A stretch of DNA of 64,000 nucleotides from an uncultured Cytophagales bacterium (GTDB taxonomy: Bacteria > Bacteroidota > Bacteroidia > Cytophagales > Cyclobacteriaceae): the NCBI GenBank assembly GCA_963835365.1, contig CAWIFH010000013.1, positions 73,707-137,706 on the forward strand, read 5' to 3'. The stretch's first letter is position 1; every line of letters begins with the position of its first letter. This document shows positions 34,253-44,572 of the stretch, piece after piece. A model generated the notes under the pieces. The model worked only from the letters and a program-made list of their open reading frames with translations. It was not told the origin of the DNA and did no database searches. The position numbers and the translations under genes are program-made.

Positions 34253-34720
34253 ATGAAAAAGTTAATGTTATTTTGGATGGCGCTTATGCTGGTAGTTGTT
34301 TCGCTGCCAACCAGCGCCCAGGAGCAGAGGCAGGCCCGGGCGCAAAGCCGGCTGCAGGAACACCTGGTTTTTAAAGATGGGCACATGTATCAGTTGAGGA
34401 ATCAGGAGTGGAAACAGTTGCACGAACCACTCAGGCTGCAAAATGGCACCATGGTAAACCCAAATGGCACTTACCGGCTTGCCAACGGAAAGCAAAGGAA
34501 GTTGCGCGACGGCCAGTGCCTGGATAGGGAAGGCAGGCGTTTCAGAACAGAAGCCCGCCTGATGGCCAGAATGGAGAAAAGGAATCAAGCGCGCATGAAG
34601 CGGGAGAATAGACCCGAAAGAATGAAAAGAGGCGAGGGACCGGCAAAGATGAAGCAGGGAAACCGACCCGAAAGAATGAAAGGAGCAAACCGGCCTGAAA
34701 GGAATCGGCGAAACTGGTAG
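34253..34720 (+). CDS. Secreted DUF6799-like protein with basic C-terminal repeats
   Basis: MKK signal peptide; LQNGTMVNPNGT..LRDGQCLD; NRPERMK repeats. Confidence 0.75.
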   Translation: MKKLMLFWMALMLVVVSLPTSAQEQRQARAQSRLQEHLVFKDGHMYQLRNQEWKQLHEPLRLQNGTMVNPNGTYRLANGKQRKLRDGQCLDREGRRFRTEARLMARMEKRNQARMKRENRPERMKRGEGPAKMKQGNRPERMKGANRPERNRRNW

Positions 34721-35063
34721 TTTTCTGAAATAAAACGGTACCCGGGTGCACAAGAAAACATGCGGGTGCCGCTTTCTTGTGTTTCTTTTCTCAGGGAGGA
34801 AATAGTTGAATATATTTGTTAGCTGGTATTTTTGCAGGTTGGGCCGCAAGCGAAACAGGAGAAGGTTCACTTTACCCATTTGCTTAACTATTAATTATAC
34901 CAGCATGAAAATAGGAGAAAGTATCATTTTTAATATGTCTGGCTTAAGACGGAATGCTTTTTGCTATAAAAAAATGGTTGTGTAATATTATTTTTACCCA
35001 ACTTCCGTTAAAAAAATAAATAAGAAAACAGCGCCCGCCCGGTGTTCGGCCTGGCTTGTTGTA

Positions 35064-35456
35064 ATGCTAAACTTTAAATCTGCCATAGCGAACCTTTTTC
35101 TCATGGGCTATTTAATAGCCCTGCTGGTGCCTGCCCTGCCTGCCGAAGGCCTGGCGCAGCTTACCGGCGGAAAGCTTAAAAAGGAATGCAAAAGAAGCTA
35201 TGCAGTGTCGGCAAAAACATCTCATAAGCCTTTACAGCTTTATTTTACGGCTGCTGAAGATCGGGTAGCCGCTGTCCCTCAGGCAGCACAGCCTTTTCTT
35301 TGCGGCTCGCCCACGACCCTGGTGCCGCCGGCTTTGGCGCATGCCTTTGCCCCTGCTGAACAGCAGGAAATAGCCTTTGTATTTTTTACCCATTCCTTAT
35401 ATACCCTGCTGTTTCAGGAGTTAGATCCTGACCCTCCAAGAGCTTCTTTCTGTTAA
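35064..35456 (+). CDS. Hypothetical exported protein
   Basis: Signal-like N-terminus, C-terminal DPDPPR. Confidence 0.55.
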   Translation: MLNFKSAIANLFLMGYLIALLVPALPAEGLAQLTGGKLKKECKRSYAVSAKTSHKPLQLYFTAAEDRVAAVPQAAQPFLCGSPTTLVPPALAHAFAPAEQQEIAFVFFTHSLYTLLFQELDPDPPRASFC

Positions 35457-35530
35457 AAATTGTTTGCTGGCTTCTGCCGGGCAGTTTGTTATTGCCTGCA
35501 GCGGAGCCATACCTATAAACAGAAAGAAAA

Positions 35531-35959
35531 ATGACAAATCAATTTATTAGCAGGTTTAGCATAACCCTGTTCCGGATAATGCTAAGCCTTATCTTTATAG
35601 TGGCAGGTGCCAATCACCTGCTCCGGACCGCCTTTGTATACCAAAAGCTACAGCAGGCGCCTTTCGCGGAAACAGCCCATGTATTTGGTGACCCGCATTA
35701 CCTGATTTTAATCTCGGGTGGGGCAATGCTTATGGGCGGCATTTCCCTGGCAGCAGGCTTTCTAACCCGCCTGGCGGCTATTGGCCTGCTGGCCAGCCTG
35801 CTTCCCATAACTCTTATTGTGCAAACGGGAAGCCTGGCTACGCTTGGCCCCCTGTTCAAGAACATCGCCATAGCTGGCGGCCTGCTTTTCTTTATGGTGC
35901 ACCCGGCAGCCGGCTATACATTGCAGGCCGGCCTGCGCTACGCTGTTCGTAAATGTTAA
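35531..35959 (+). CDS. DoxX family membrane protein
   Basis: FRIMLSLIFIVAG..GFLTRLAA..FKNIAIAGGLL. Confidence 0.9.
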   Translation: MTNQFISRFSITLFRIMLSLIFIVAGANHLLRTAFVYQKLQQAPFAETAHVFGDPHYLILISGGAMLMGGISLAAGFLTRLAAIGLLASLLPITLIVQTGSLATLGPLFKNIAIAGGLLFFMVHPAAGYTLQAGLRYAVRKC

Positions 35960-35977
35960 CCTTAAATAATTAAAAAC

Positions 35978-36445
35978 ATGAAAATAAATATTAAAACAGC
36001 CCTGCTTATCCTGGGCTTAGTTACGGTTTGTGTGGCCGCTACCGGCTTTTTGTTTCAGCAAAATAAAACAGTCGCTGAAACGACTCAGCAGGCGGAAAGT
36101 GCGGAATCAAAGGACAATTTCGCTATCCTGTTGCGCAAGGGCAACCATTTGAGAGTGGCTGTTCGCACCGCCAGGGAAATACAGGAGAACCCCCGCTTTC
36201 GGATGGGCCGCTTTGAGATTATTGTTTGTGGCAGGGAAATAGAACAGCTACAGCAGAACGGGCCGCTGAAGGCCACACTGGAGGAAGCCTCCCGCCTGGG
36301 CGTGCAGGTACAGGCCTGCGGTATTTCCCTGGAAAAATTTGGTGTAAAAGCCGACTTACTGGCTCCGGAAGTAAGCGTGGTGCCCAATGGACTGATGCAC
36401 GCATTTGAGCTGGAAAAAGATGGTTATTTAATGATTGAACTATAA
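35978..36445 (+). CDS. Exported DsrE/F-like protein
   Basis: FEIIVCG..GVQVQACGISL..VVPNG. Confidence 0.85.
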   Translation: MKINIKTALLILGLVTVCVAATGFLFQQNKTVAETTQQAESAESKDNFAILLRKGNHLRVAVRTAREIQENPRFRMGRFEIIVCGREIEQLQQNGPLKATLEEASRLGVQVQACGISLEKFGVKADLLAPEVSVVPNGLMHAFELEKDGYLMIEL

Positions 36446-36457
36446 ATAATAAAAAGA

Positions 36458-37054
36458 ATGAATAAGCAAATGAAAAAAAAATTAATAGAATATAGTGTTT
36501 TTGGCGGCTTGTTTCTCACCCTATTCTTAACAGGCTTACATACCGAAGTATTTGGTTTTATTCAGCGGGGCGTGCTGGAAACCGGCATTATGAACCCGGA
36601 TACGGAAAAAAAAGCAGCCAGTGCCAAAGTGGCTGCCAATCCGAAAGCAGATTTTAGCCTGCGGCTGGTAAACGCCAAGGGAGAAAAAGTTAGCATGGAG
36701 CAATTCAGGGGGAAGGTGATTTTCATCAATCTTTGGGCTACCTGGTGCCCCCCCTGTGTGGCAGAAATGCCCGGTATTAATGCTCTTTATAATGAGGTAA
36801 ATGAAGAAGAGGTAGTATTTCTGATGCTGTCCGTTGACCAGGATTTTGAAAAAGCCAAACGCTTTAAAGAAAAAAAAGGCTTTGATTTTGAAGTATACCA
36901 GGCCGATGGTGGTATTCCCCAAATGTACTACAGCCAGAGTATTCCTACCACCTTCATTATTAATGCCAAAGGCGAGCTGGCCCTAACCCATACCGGTATG
37001 GCAGATTATAATACGCCGGAGTTTAAGAAATTCCTGCGGGCCCAACAGCAATAA
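36458..37054 (+). CDS. TlpA family thiol-disulfide oxidoreductase
   Basis: N-terminal TM; INLWATWCPPC; IPTTFII. Confidence 0.93.
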   Translation: MNKQMKKKLIEYSVFGGLFLTLFLTGLHTEVFGFIQRGVLETGIMNPDTEKKAASAKVAANPKADFSLRLVNAKGEKVSMEQFRGKVIFINLWATWCPPCVAEMPGINALYNEVNEEEVVFLMLSVDQDFEKAKRFKEKKGFDFEVYQADGGIPQMYYSQSIPTTFIINAKGELALTHTGMADYNTPEFKKFLRAQQQ

Positions 37055-37068
37055 TTCACCATTTTCCG

Positions 37069-37100
37069 GCAGGAGGGGGGAGTAACCCTCTCCTGCTTTT
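37069..37100 (+). terminator. Intrinsic terminator-like hairpin
   Basis: GCAGGAGGGG...CCCTCTCCTGC followed by TTTT. Confidence 0.6.
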
Positions 37101-37181
37101 AACAGAACAGGCTGCAATTTTTGGGTTATCCGGGAGAGATAATCCTCCCCTTGCGCCTGGATCCTTAAAAAAATTTAATCC

Positions 37182-39312
37182 ATGAAATTAAAAAAGCTCT
37201 TTTTGTTCCTTAATATGCTGCTGTTTGCAATGCCTCTTTTTGCCCAAATGCAGCAGGCACCGGCATGGAAGGTATCCATTAGCAAGCCAAACGTAAAAGA
37301 AACCGTACTCAGCTTCAAAGCTGCGGTGCCATCGGGCTGGTATATGTATGCCAATGACTTTGACCCTGATTTGGGCCCTATGCTGACGGAATTCCGCTTT
37401 GAGGAAAACGAAACATATGAATTGGCCGGGGAGCTTCAGCCGGTTGGGCAGCATAAAAAATATGATTCACTCTGGCAGGGGGAAATTACCTATTTTACAG
37501 ATACGGCCGAATTCCGGCAGCGGGTGCGGCTGCTGAAGGAGAAGCCTGTTTTCAGCGGAACCATCAGCTACCAGGTTTGCTCGGATGAGAGCGGGCAGTG
37601 CATTCCCTTTGAGTCGGACTTTAACTTCCGGCAGGGAGGGCCGATTATGCAGGAAGCAAAGGCGGCAGGAAAGCAGGAGCGGAGGCAGGCCAAAGAAAGC
37701 CGGAAAGGCGAAAAGGCAGCGTTCCAGCCTACTGTCTTAAACGAGGGGTCCGGTGGGGCAGAAAGCGTGCCGCTGCTGACGCTGGAGCCTTTTGAAGGTT
37801 CTTTTGCAGCCCAAAAGCCCCAGGAAGGCAGCTGGAGCAGCTGGCTTGGCTTTTTCCTGCTTTCGTTCGGGGCCGGCCTTACGGCCCTGCTTACTCCCTG
37901 TGTGTTTCCGATGATTCCCATGACGGTAACTTACTTTACCCGCACTTCCGGCAGACCGGCAAAAAAGGCATTGTGCAGGCGCTCATTTACGGTATTTCCA
38001 TTATGGTGATTTACACCCTAATCGGTACCGTATTTGCCCTGATTTTCGGGGCCGAATTTGCCAACTGGCTCAGCACCCACTGGATTCCCAACCTGTTTTT
38101 CTTTGTCATCTTTATCGTTTTCGCCCTTTCTTTCTTTCGGCTGTTCGAGATTACCCTGCCCAGCAATTTTGTGAATAGCATCGACCGCCAGGCCGATAAA
38201 GGAGGCTATGTGGGCATTTTCTTCATGGCTTTTACCCTGGTGCTGGTAGGCTTTAGCTGTACCGGCCCTATTGTAGGCACTATATTGATTGGGGCCGCCA
38301 ATGGCGAAGCCATTACGCCGGTAGTAGGCATGCTGGGTTTTTCTGCTGGCTTTTGCGCTTCCTTTTACCCTTTTTGCCATTTTTCCGGGCTGGTTGAGTT
38401 CCCTGCCCAAAAGCGGGGGCTGGCTGAATACGGTAAAAGTGGTGCTGGGCTTTTTAGAGCTGGCGCTGGCCTTAAAGTTCCTGAGCATAGCCGACCAGGT
38501 ATACCACTGGGGCCTGCTCGACCGTGAAATTTACCTGGCCCTCTGGATTGTGATCTTTAGCCTGATGGGCTTTTACCTGCTGGGCAAAATCCGGCTGCCA
38601 AACGACAGCCCGATCGAAAAAATATCCGTTGGCCGGCTGCTGATGGCTGTGGCTACCTTTGGCTTTGTGGTATACCTTATTCCCGGCCTGGTGGGCGCTC
38701 CGCTAAAAGCCCTGGCGGGTTACCTGCCGCCTATGAGCACCCACGATTTTAACCTGGTAGCCATGCTAAAGCAGGAAGAGGAAGACCAGATTGCCGGCCG
38801 ACTGCGAAGAGCCCAAGTATGCCGAAATGCTGCACCTGCCGCATGGCTATCAGGGCTATTTCGATTATGAACAGGCACTGGCCTGCGCTCGAAAGCACAA
38901 AATAAGCCGCTCTTTATCGATTTTACCGGCCATGGCTGTGTAAACTGCCGCGAAATGGAGGCCAATGTTTGGAGCGATCCGGCAGTGCTGAAGCCGCCTG
39001 AGCGAAGATTATGTGGTGGTGGCTTTGTATGTGGATGAAAAATCGGAAGTGCCGCAGGACGAATGGTACATTAGTGCTTACGATGGAAAGCTGAAGAAAA
39101 CCATTGGCAAGCAGAACCTGGATTTCATGATCCAGAAATTAAATGCCAATGCACAACCCTATTATACCCTGGTAAGCCCCGAAGGAAAATTGTTGTGCCG
39201 AACCCAAGGCTTACGATCTTGAAGTTCAGAATTTTGTCGACTTCCTGGATGAAGCGGCAAAAAGCAGTTTAAGCGGACATACCAGGATATGCAGCCAGGC
39301 TTGCAGCAATGA
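37182..39312 (+). CDS. dsbD: DsbD family protein-disulfide reductase with several frameshifts
   Basis: QVC..QCIP, LTPCVFPMIP, FSCTGPI, LPKSGGWL, IDFTGHGCVNCREME spread across frames. Confidence 0.88.
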
Positions 39313-39582
39313 TATTTCACCACATGTGATGTGCAGGTCCTTTTTTTTGGTATGAACCTGCTTCGGGCAGGCTGTATACTGATGGTAGCCGGCTGTATGG
39401 TTGCTTTAGGGCAATGCTGCCCTTTTAAAAAAGCTACAAAGGAGAAGAGGGGCTTTATCTCCAGCTTTCCTGTCAGGCCCAGTAAAAAGGAAAGAGGAAC
39501 GTGTTCTTCTTTAAAGGCTGTTTTAAATTTTTAAATTTAAAACAGCCATGCCTGCGGGGGAAATTTAAGCTTTGTGGGTTGT

Positions 39583-41001
39583 TTAGTGACTTTCCCTGAG
39601 GGTAAAGTTGTAGTTCAGTATCAGGTTGAAAACGGCCATGTTTACCTTGTTAATTACCCAGTTGGCATCGTCGTAGGCAGTTTGTTCTCCAATTTTATAA
39701 GCGATTAAAAACACTGCGTCCAGGTTTTTTAATGCCGCTGCCTGTGGAGTATACAAAAGGTCGAGGTTTACCTGGTAATAAGAGGGTTGCGCATATTTGT
39801 TAAGCCTTCGATTGCTTGCCTCTGGATGTTTGTAGTAACCGGCACCTGCTTCCATTAGCCAACTTTTCCCGTTTTTTAGCCGGGCCTGCAGCAAAAAGGC
39901 GTGGGTATCGCCAAAACCTTCCTGCCGTTCCCGCTTCTGAAAGGTAAATAAGGCATCGCGGCCCCATTCGCGCGGGAAAAGTAATTGTCCGGCTCCGAAA
40001 ATACGGGTATAGGCAAAGGAAAGTTCCAGCGGGGGGCGTTCATAGCTGGTTTTAAAGCCCACCATATGGGTTCGCATGTCTTCCGGAAAGTAACTTAAAG
40101 TAGGGTCATCATTGCCTCCCCGGCCCAGGGCCTGCTGGTAAATATACTGGATTTCGGTGCTGAACTTACCGCCTTCTTCCGCCAGGGAGTAGTTCCAGCG
40201 GGCATCGGTATAAAAAGTGTTGGAAACATTCAGGAAGGCATAGTTCCAGGTTCTGAGGCTGAATGCGGAAGCCGGCTGCCAACTAATATTACCTACTGCC
40301 AGGCCGGGAGAACTGATGTTTCCCAGGTAATTGCCAGGCCCATAGGGTCCAGCGCCCTGCGGATACTGGCCAACGGAATTCTCTACCTTATACCAACGGG
40401 AGGTAGAGCGGGGGGCTATGGCATTGAAGTACCCCAAGCCGAACTTCCATTTAGAAAGGCCTTTATGCTGATACCATAGCCCCTGAAGGAGGGTCGGAAT
40501 CATACGGCCATCCTGCGGATTAAGCATAGGCGATTTGAATAGCATGCGCCCAAGGGTTACTTCCTGTTGGGGGTGTTCCCATTTTACATAGGCTTCGCCC
40601 AGCAGGGCAATGAAATCCTGGGAAGGGTTTGTGACATCAAACAGGCCCAGTTCGTAGCGACTAAGCTTATTGGTATAAGGGTCTGTTTTTTCCAACTCTG
40701 ATAAGCCTAAATTCAGCGAAGAATACCCAGCCAGTCTGATAGATAAGCCTTTGTACTTACCGCTAGTCAGTAACAGCCTGCCGCCTAAGGCAGCTGCACT
40801 AAAATCTTTTAAGCTGTCCTGGTTAATGGTGCCCATCCAGTAGTTGCGCAGCTGCCCTTTAAGGGTGGTCTCTTTCCAGAGTTGGCTCAGTTTTGCCTGT
40901 TTCTGGGCAATTGCTGCAGGAGCCAGCAAAGCCAGGGTAAAAAGTGTGCCTAAAAGGAGTTTTAAAATTCGTGTCATGAATCTGTTGGCTGTGTAAAGCA
41001 T
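39583..41001 (-). CDS. OprD-like outer membrane porin (start 41001 or 40977)
   Basis: Signal peptide; PQDGRMIP, FPREWGRD; amphipathic C-terminal strand LILNYNF. Confidence 0.8.
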   Translation of the reverse strand: MLYTANRFMTRILKLLLGTLFTLALLAPAAIAQKQAKLSQLWKETTLKGQLRNYWMGTINQDSLKDFSAAALGGRLLLTSGKYKGLSIRLAGYSSLNLGLSELEKTDPYTNKLSRYELGLFDVTNPSQDFIALLGEAYVKWEHPQQEVTLGRMLFKSPMLNPQDGRMIPTLLQGLWYQHKGLSKWKFGLGYFNAIAPRSTSRWYKVENSVGQYPQGAGPYGPGNYLGNISSPGLAVGNISWQPASAFSLRTWNYAFLNVSNTFYTDARWNYSLAEEGGKFSTEIQYIYQQALGRGGNDDPTLSYFPEDMRTHMVGFKTSYERPPLELSFAYTRIFGAGQLLFPREWGRDALFTFQKRERQEGFGDTHAFLLQARLKNGKSWLMEAGAGYYKHPEASNRRLNKYAQPSYYQVNLDLLYTPQAAALKNLDAVFLIAYKIGEQTAYDDANWVINKVNMAVFNLILNYNFTLRESH

Positions 41002-41034
41002 TTTTTCTTTCAAGAGAAATTCGGCAAAATAGCC

Positions 41035-41162
41035 CTAATGTTAAGTAAATCCGGTTTTGAGGGGTAAAGAAACCAAGCAGGGGCACGAGCGGGACAATTG
41101 CGCCAGCAACTGGACTGGAAGTAAGGTGCTTAGCCTTCAATTTAGCTTTGACTTAGCACTAG
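41035..41162. mobile_element. 128-bp MITE-like element, copy 1
   Basis: CTAATGTTAAGT...TTGACTTAGCACTAG terminal inverted repeats; aligns with copy 2 over its full length. Confidence 0.8.
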
Positions 41163-41256
41163 CCTTGACTTCGCCCTATCATTCCATGACGGATACCAAC
41201 CTTTCGAAATCAAAAATAAATTCAGACAGCCGCTAACAGATTTTACCTACTGGCTT

Positions 41257-42330
41257 TTAATTTCTGCGGGCCTGTGCACCGCTGGCTTTCAGGCTGTCGT
41301 AATAAGCTTTTATTGGCTGAAAAGGTCCGAACTGGTGCTGTTCCTGCGGAAAAGGGTCGGCATAAGGTCCATAGGGTGAATCAATGGGTTTCTTGGTCAG
41401 GTCCGGGTAGTCTTTTTCCACGCCTGGCTTAACTGGCCGGGTGTGAGAGTTGATGTATCCGGCAACATCATAAGCTTCTTCATCGGTAAGCTGGGCGGTT
41501 TCGTAGGTAGCCCCAAACGGCATATTGCCTTTAATAAAGCGGGCGGCGGTAATTACCCGGTTCATGCCGGCCCCGTGGTTATAGCTGTTGGGGCCCCACA
41601 GCGGCGGGTACAAATAGGTTTTCCCACCGGGAGCTTGCTGCCCTTTTCCTTCGTTGCCATGGCAAAGCTGGCACTTTTCTGTGTAGAGCTGTTTGCCTTT
41701 CACCATATCTACTTTCCGCCCCGGCACTTCCAAAGCAACAAATCCCTGGAATTTACCAGCTGTTTCGGGCGGGACGCCTTCTCCTAACCACTGCATATAG
41801 GCCAGCATCGCCTTCATTTCTTTGCTGTCATCGGCTAAGGCTTTGCCATTCATGCTTCGTTCCATGCAGCCATTAATTCGATCTTCCAGACTGGCTTCTC
41901 TTCCTTCCCGCCCCCGAAAGGTAGGAAAGCGGTTTACCACGCCCACATAAGGGGCCGCAAACGGCTGGGTGCCGGAGGCGATGTGACAATTTTTACAGGT
42001 CAGGCCGTTGCCTACCAGCGCCCGGCCCTTTAAGGCTTCTTTACCCAGCAGCTGGCTGGTTTCCGATATCAGCTGATGCCCGTAGGCGACCAGCTCTCCT
42101 TCCGGCCCTGCTGGCAAATCGGTTTGCAAACTCTTCGGAAGCCAGCCAGCCTCTTTGACGGGGGCCTCTGTTACGGGAACTGTTCCCTGAACCGCCGGAG
42201 CGGAACTCATAGCTTTGGAGCGAAACCAGTCGGGTCTGGCCAGCATGCTTACAATAACACCAATAAAGACAATCAGCACCACTATAAGGGCCAGCAGACT
42301 GTAAATAAGCCTGAAAAAGTCTTTTATCAT
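41257..42330 (-). CDS. tsdA: Diheme cytochrome c thiosulfate dehydrogenase/tetrathionate reductase
   Basis: CKNCH and CQLCH; RINGCMERSMNG (active-site Cys); PPLWGPNSYNHGAGM; N-terminal TM. Confidence 0.85.
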   Translation of the reverse strand: MIKDFFRLIYSLLALIVVLIVFIGVIVSMLARPDWFRSKAMSSAPAVQGTVPVTEAPVKEAGWLPKSLQTDLPAGPEGELVAYGHQLISETSQLLGKEALKGRALVGNGLTCKNCHIASGTQPFAAPYVGVVNRFPTFRGREGREASLEDRINGCMERSMNGKALADDSKEMKAMLAYMQWLGEGVPPETAGKFQGFVALEVPGRKVDMVKGKQLYTEKCQLCHGNEGKGQQAPGGKTYLYPPLWGPNSYNHGAGMNRVITAARFIKGNMPFGATYETAQLTDEEAYDVAGYINSHTRPVKPGVEKDYPDLTKKPIDSPYGPYADPFPQEQHQFGPFQPIKAYYDSLKASGAQARRN

Positions 42331-42377
42331 GGAAGTAAAATTTAAAGAATATTTTCACCGGAAAAGAGAAAAGCCTC

Positions 42378-42505
42378 CTAGTGTTAAGTCAAGCCAGTTT
42401 TGAGGAATAAAGAAAACAAGCAGGGGCACGAGCGGGATTTTCGCGCCAGCAACTGAACTGGAAGTAAGGCGCTTACTTTTCAATTTAGCCTTTACTTAGC
42501 ACTAA
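42378..42505. mobile_element. 128-bp MITE-like element, copy 2
   Basis: CTAGTGTTAAGTCAA...ACTTAGCACTAA; its end overlaps the TAG stop of the yeeE gene. Confidence 0.8.
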
Positions 42506-42918
42506 TGAGGCAATCTGTTTCGTAAAAGTCCATAGGTAAACGTACCCAACAGGGCACTTGCCAGCACCACCAGAATAACTCCATAGCCATTGCCCAGGAG
42601 CGTGTAAATAGGACCTGGACAGGCCCCTGCCATGGCCCAGCCTAAGCCAAATATGGTTCCGCCAATCAGGTAGCGCGGAATGCTCCTGTTCTTGGGGCTA
42701 AAGGTAATAGGAGTTCCTTCGGTGCTTTTTACTTTGTACTTTTTAATGAGGGCCACACTAATAATGCCTAAAGTTACAGCCGAACCAATAATGCCGTACA
42801 TATGGAAGGCATCGAAGCGGAACATTTCGTAAATCCGGTACCAGGAAATGGCCTGCGATTTGGTCATGATAATGCCAAACAAGGTGCCAATGGATAAATA
42901 ACTGATATATTTCATCAT
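42502..42918 (-). CDS. YeeE/YedE sulfur-compound transporter subunit
   Basis: GGTIFGLGWAMAGACPGP. Confidence 0.93.
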   Translation of the reverse strand: MMKYISYLSIGTLFGIIMTKSQAISWYRIYEMFRFDAFHMYGIIGSAVTLGIISVALIKKYKVKSTEGTPITFSPKNRSIPRYLIGGTIFGLGWAMAGACPGPIYTLLGNGYGVILVVLASALLGTFTYGLLRNRLPH

Positions 42919-42925
42919 TTAAAGG

Positions 42926-43501
42926 TTAAAGGGTCAGGATTAGCGGTAAAAGAAAATAAGTCATAACCAGGCCTCCGATAAAGAAGCCGATGACGGCAAT
43001 CAGAGAAGGCAGCTGCAAATTGCTCAGGCCGCTGATGGCATGGCCGGAAGTACATCCGCCTGCATAGCGGGCACCGAAACCAATCAGGAAGCCGCCAACC
43101 ACCAGCATGATAAACCCACGCAGGGTAAACAGGCCTTCCCAGCTGAATATCTCTTCGGGCAGGTAATTATCTCCCGGCTTCTGAATGCCCAGTTCCTGCA
43201 GTTTGGCTACCGTGTCGGGGGCCAGGGGAATAGGGGCTGGCTGCTGCAGCCAGGTAGAGGCAATAAAACCGCCGATAATCGCCCCGGCAACAAACACCAG
43301 GTTCCAGCTTTGCTTTTTCCAGTCAAAATCGAAGAACTCACTGAACCTGCCACCACCGCCTATGGCGCAGGTGGTTCTTAAAGTATCCGATACTCCAAAG
43401 CTCTTTCCCACAAACAACAACAAGGCCATTACTAAAGCAATCAGTGGTCCTGCTACATACCATGGCCAGGCTTGGCTCAACATCTCTATCATGTTATTCA
43501 A
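42926..43501 (-). CDS. YeeE/YedE sulfur-compound transporter subunit
   Basis: WPWYVAGP; [18 protein letters not shown]. Confidence 0.93.
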   Translation of the reverse strand: MNNMIEMLSQAWPWYVAGPLIALVMALLLFVGKSFGVSDTLRTTCAIGGGGRFSEFFDFDWKKQSWNLVFVAGAIIGGFIASTWLQQPAPIPLAPDTVAKLQELGIQKPGDNYLPEEIFSWEGLFTLRGFIMLVVGGFLIGFGARYAGGCTSGHAISGLSNLQLPSLIAVIGFFIGGLVMTYFLLPLILTL

Positions 43502-43512
43502 TTAGTTACTGT

Positions 43513-44343
43513 TTAAATTTTAAAGGTTAATACCGGGTAGTACAAATGGTTGACCAGCGAAGAGGAAACATGCTTTTGAAACAGCTTGGCCATGCTGTCT
43601 TTTTCCACCCCGATGCTAATCATGTCTATGCCGGTATCCTGGGCAAAATGCAGAATGCCCTGTTCCACGTCTTTGTCACAATAAATGTGGGTTTCCACCT
43701 TGGCCAGGTCATTTACTTTGGCAAATCTTTCCATGCGCTCCTTCAGCTCCCGGCTGGTTTTGAAGTCGCGGGGCGTATTGACCCTGAGCAAATGAATGGT
43801 CGCGCCGAATGCCTGCTGCAGGGTTTTGATAAAGCCGATTTGTTTGGGCGCATCTTCATTAAAGCTGGAGGCCAGCATAATATCTTTTATTTCCAGCTCG
43901 GAGCGGTCGCACTTTAGCGAGAGTACCGGCACGGAGGACTTGCGTACCACCTGTTCGGTAACCGAGTCGGCTATGAGTTCGCGCAAACCGCTGAGGCCGT
44001 GCGTGCCCATTACTACCAGGTCTATGTTTTCCTGTTTAACACAATGGAGTATCTGGTCGGGGAGGTTCCCGGCTTTCACTATAGGCACAACTTCTGCATG
44101 GTGCCTGGCCACCCAGCCTGCCATGGTGGTACGGCTTCTTTCCTGTTCCTTTTTTACTGCTTCCAGGTCAAAGTCTTCCGATTCCAGCAGCTCACCTTCC
44201 TTGCTGAAAACAGCATCGGCAGCGGTGGGAACGACCTGTAAGGCATAAATTTCGGCCCCGCTCTGCCTGGCCAGCTTTTGTGCCAGGCTCAGGGCATAGC
44301 CGGATAAATCGGAACAGTCGGTTGGCACTAATATCTTTTTCAT
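43513..44343 (-). CDS. Universal stress protein
   Basis: MKKILVPTDCS, DLVVMGTHG. Confidence 0.95.
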   Translation of the reverse strand: MKKILVPTDCSDLSGYALSLAQKLARQSGAEIYALQVVPTAADAVFSKEGELLESEDFDLEAVKKEQERSRTTMAGWVARHHAEVVPIVKAGNLPDQILHCVKQENIDLVVMGTHGLSGLRELIADSVTEQVVRKSSVPVLSLKCDRSELEIKDIMLASSFNEDAPKQIGFIKTLQQAFGATIHLLRVNTPRDFKTSRELKERMERFAKVNDLAKVETHIYCDKDVEQGILHFAQDTGIDMISIGVEKDSMAKLFQKHVSSSLVNHLYYPVLTFKI

Positions 44344-44395
44344 GACTCAGGGATGAACAGTCTAAGATGCTTTTTATATTTTTCTTATTTCTCTA

Positions 44396-44439
44396 CAAAG
44401 ATGGCCTCCCGGCTCTTCCTTTGCAGTGACATTTGTCAC
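44396..44439 (-). promoter_or_regulatory. Regulon B promoter of usp-yeeE-yeeE-tsdA-porin
   Basis: GTGACatttGTCAC 44426-44439; CATCTTTG (minus) 44396, 30 nt. Confidence 0.75.
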
Positions 44440-44531
44440 ATATGGGTGTAGATTTTTGACGAACGAATGTATTTTATAAAAGCGATAATCCATTATGTAT
44501 ACCAGGTCCCATACATATCCTCCTTGTTTAG

Positions 44532-44572
44532 AAAATCCCTGGGAGCCAGGAAGCTTGACTCCCAGGGATTTT
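44532..44572. terminator. Bidirectional terminator hairpin
   Basis: AAAATCCCTGGGAG...CTCCCAGGGATTTT. Confidence 0.7.

Noticed and set aside
34268-34879. Long shadow ORFs, e.g. 34268-34879, 50112-50687, 52811-53722, 58002-58784
   Set aside because: Antisense to well-supported genes, no motifs
41035-42505. CRISPR array or attC cassette reading of the 128-bp repeats
   Set aside because: Only two long copies, no spacers, cas or intI, and no convincing attC core sites
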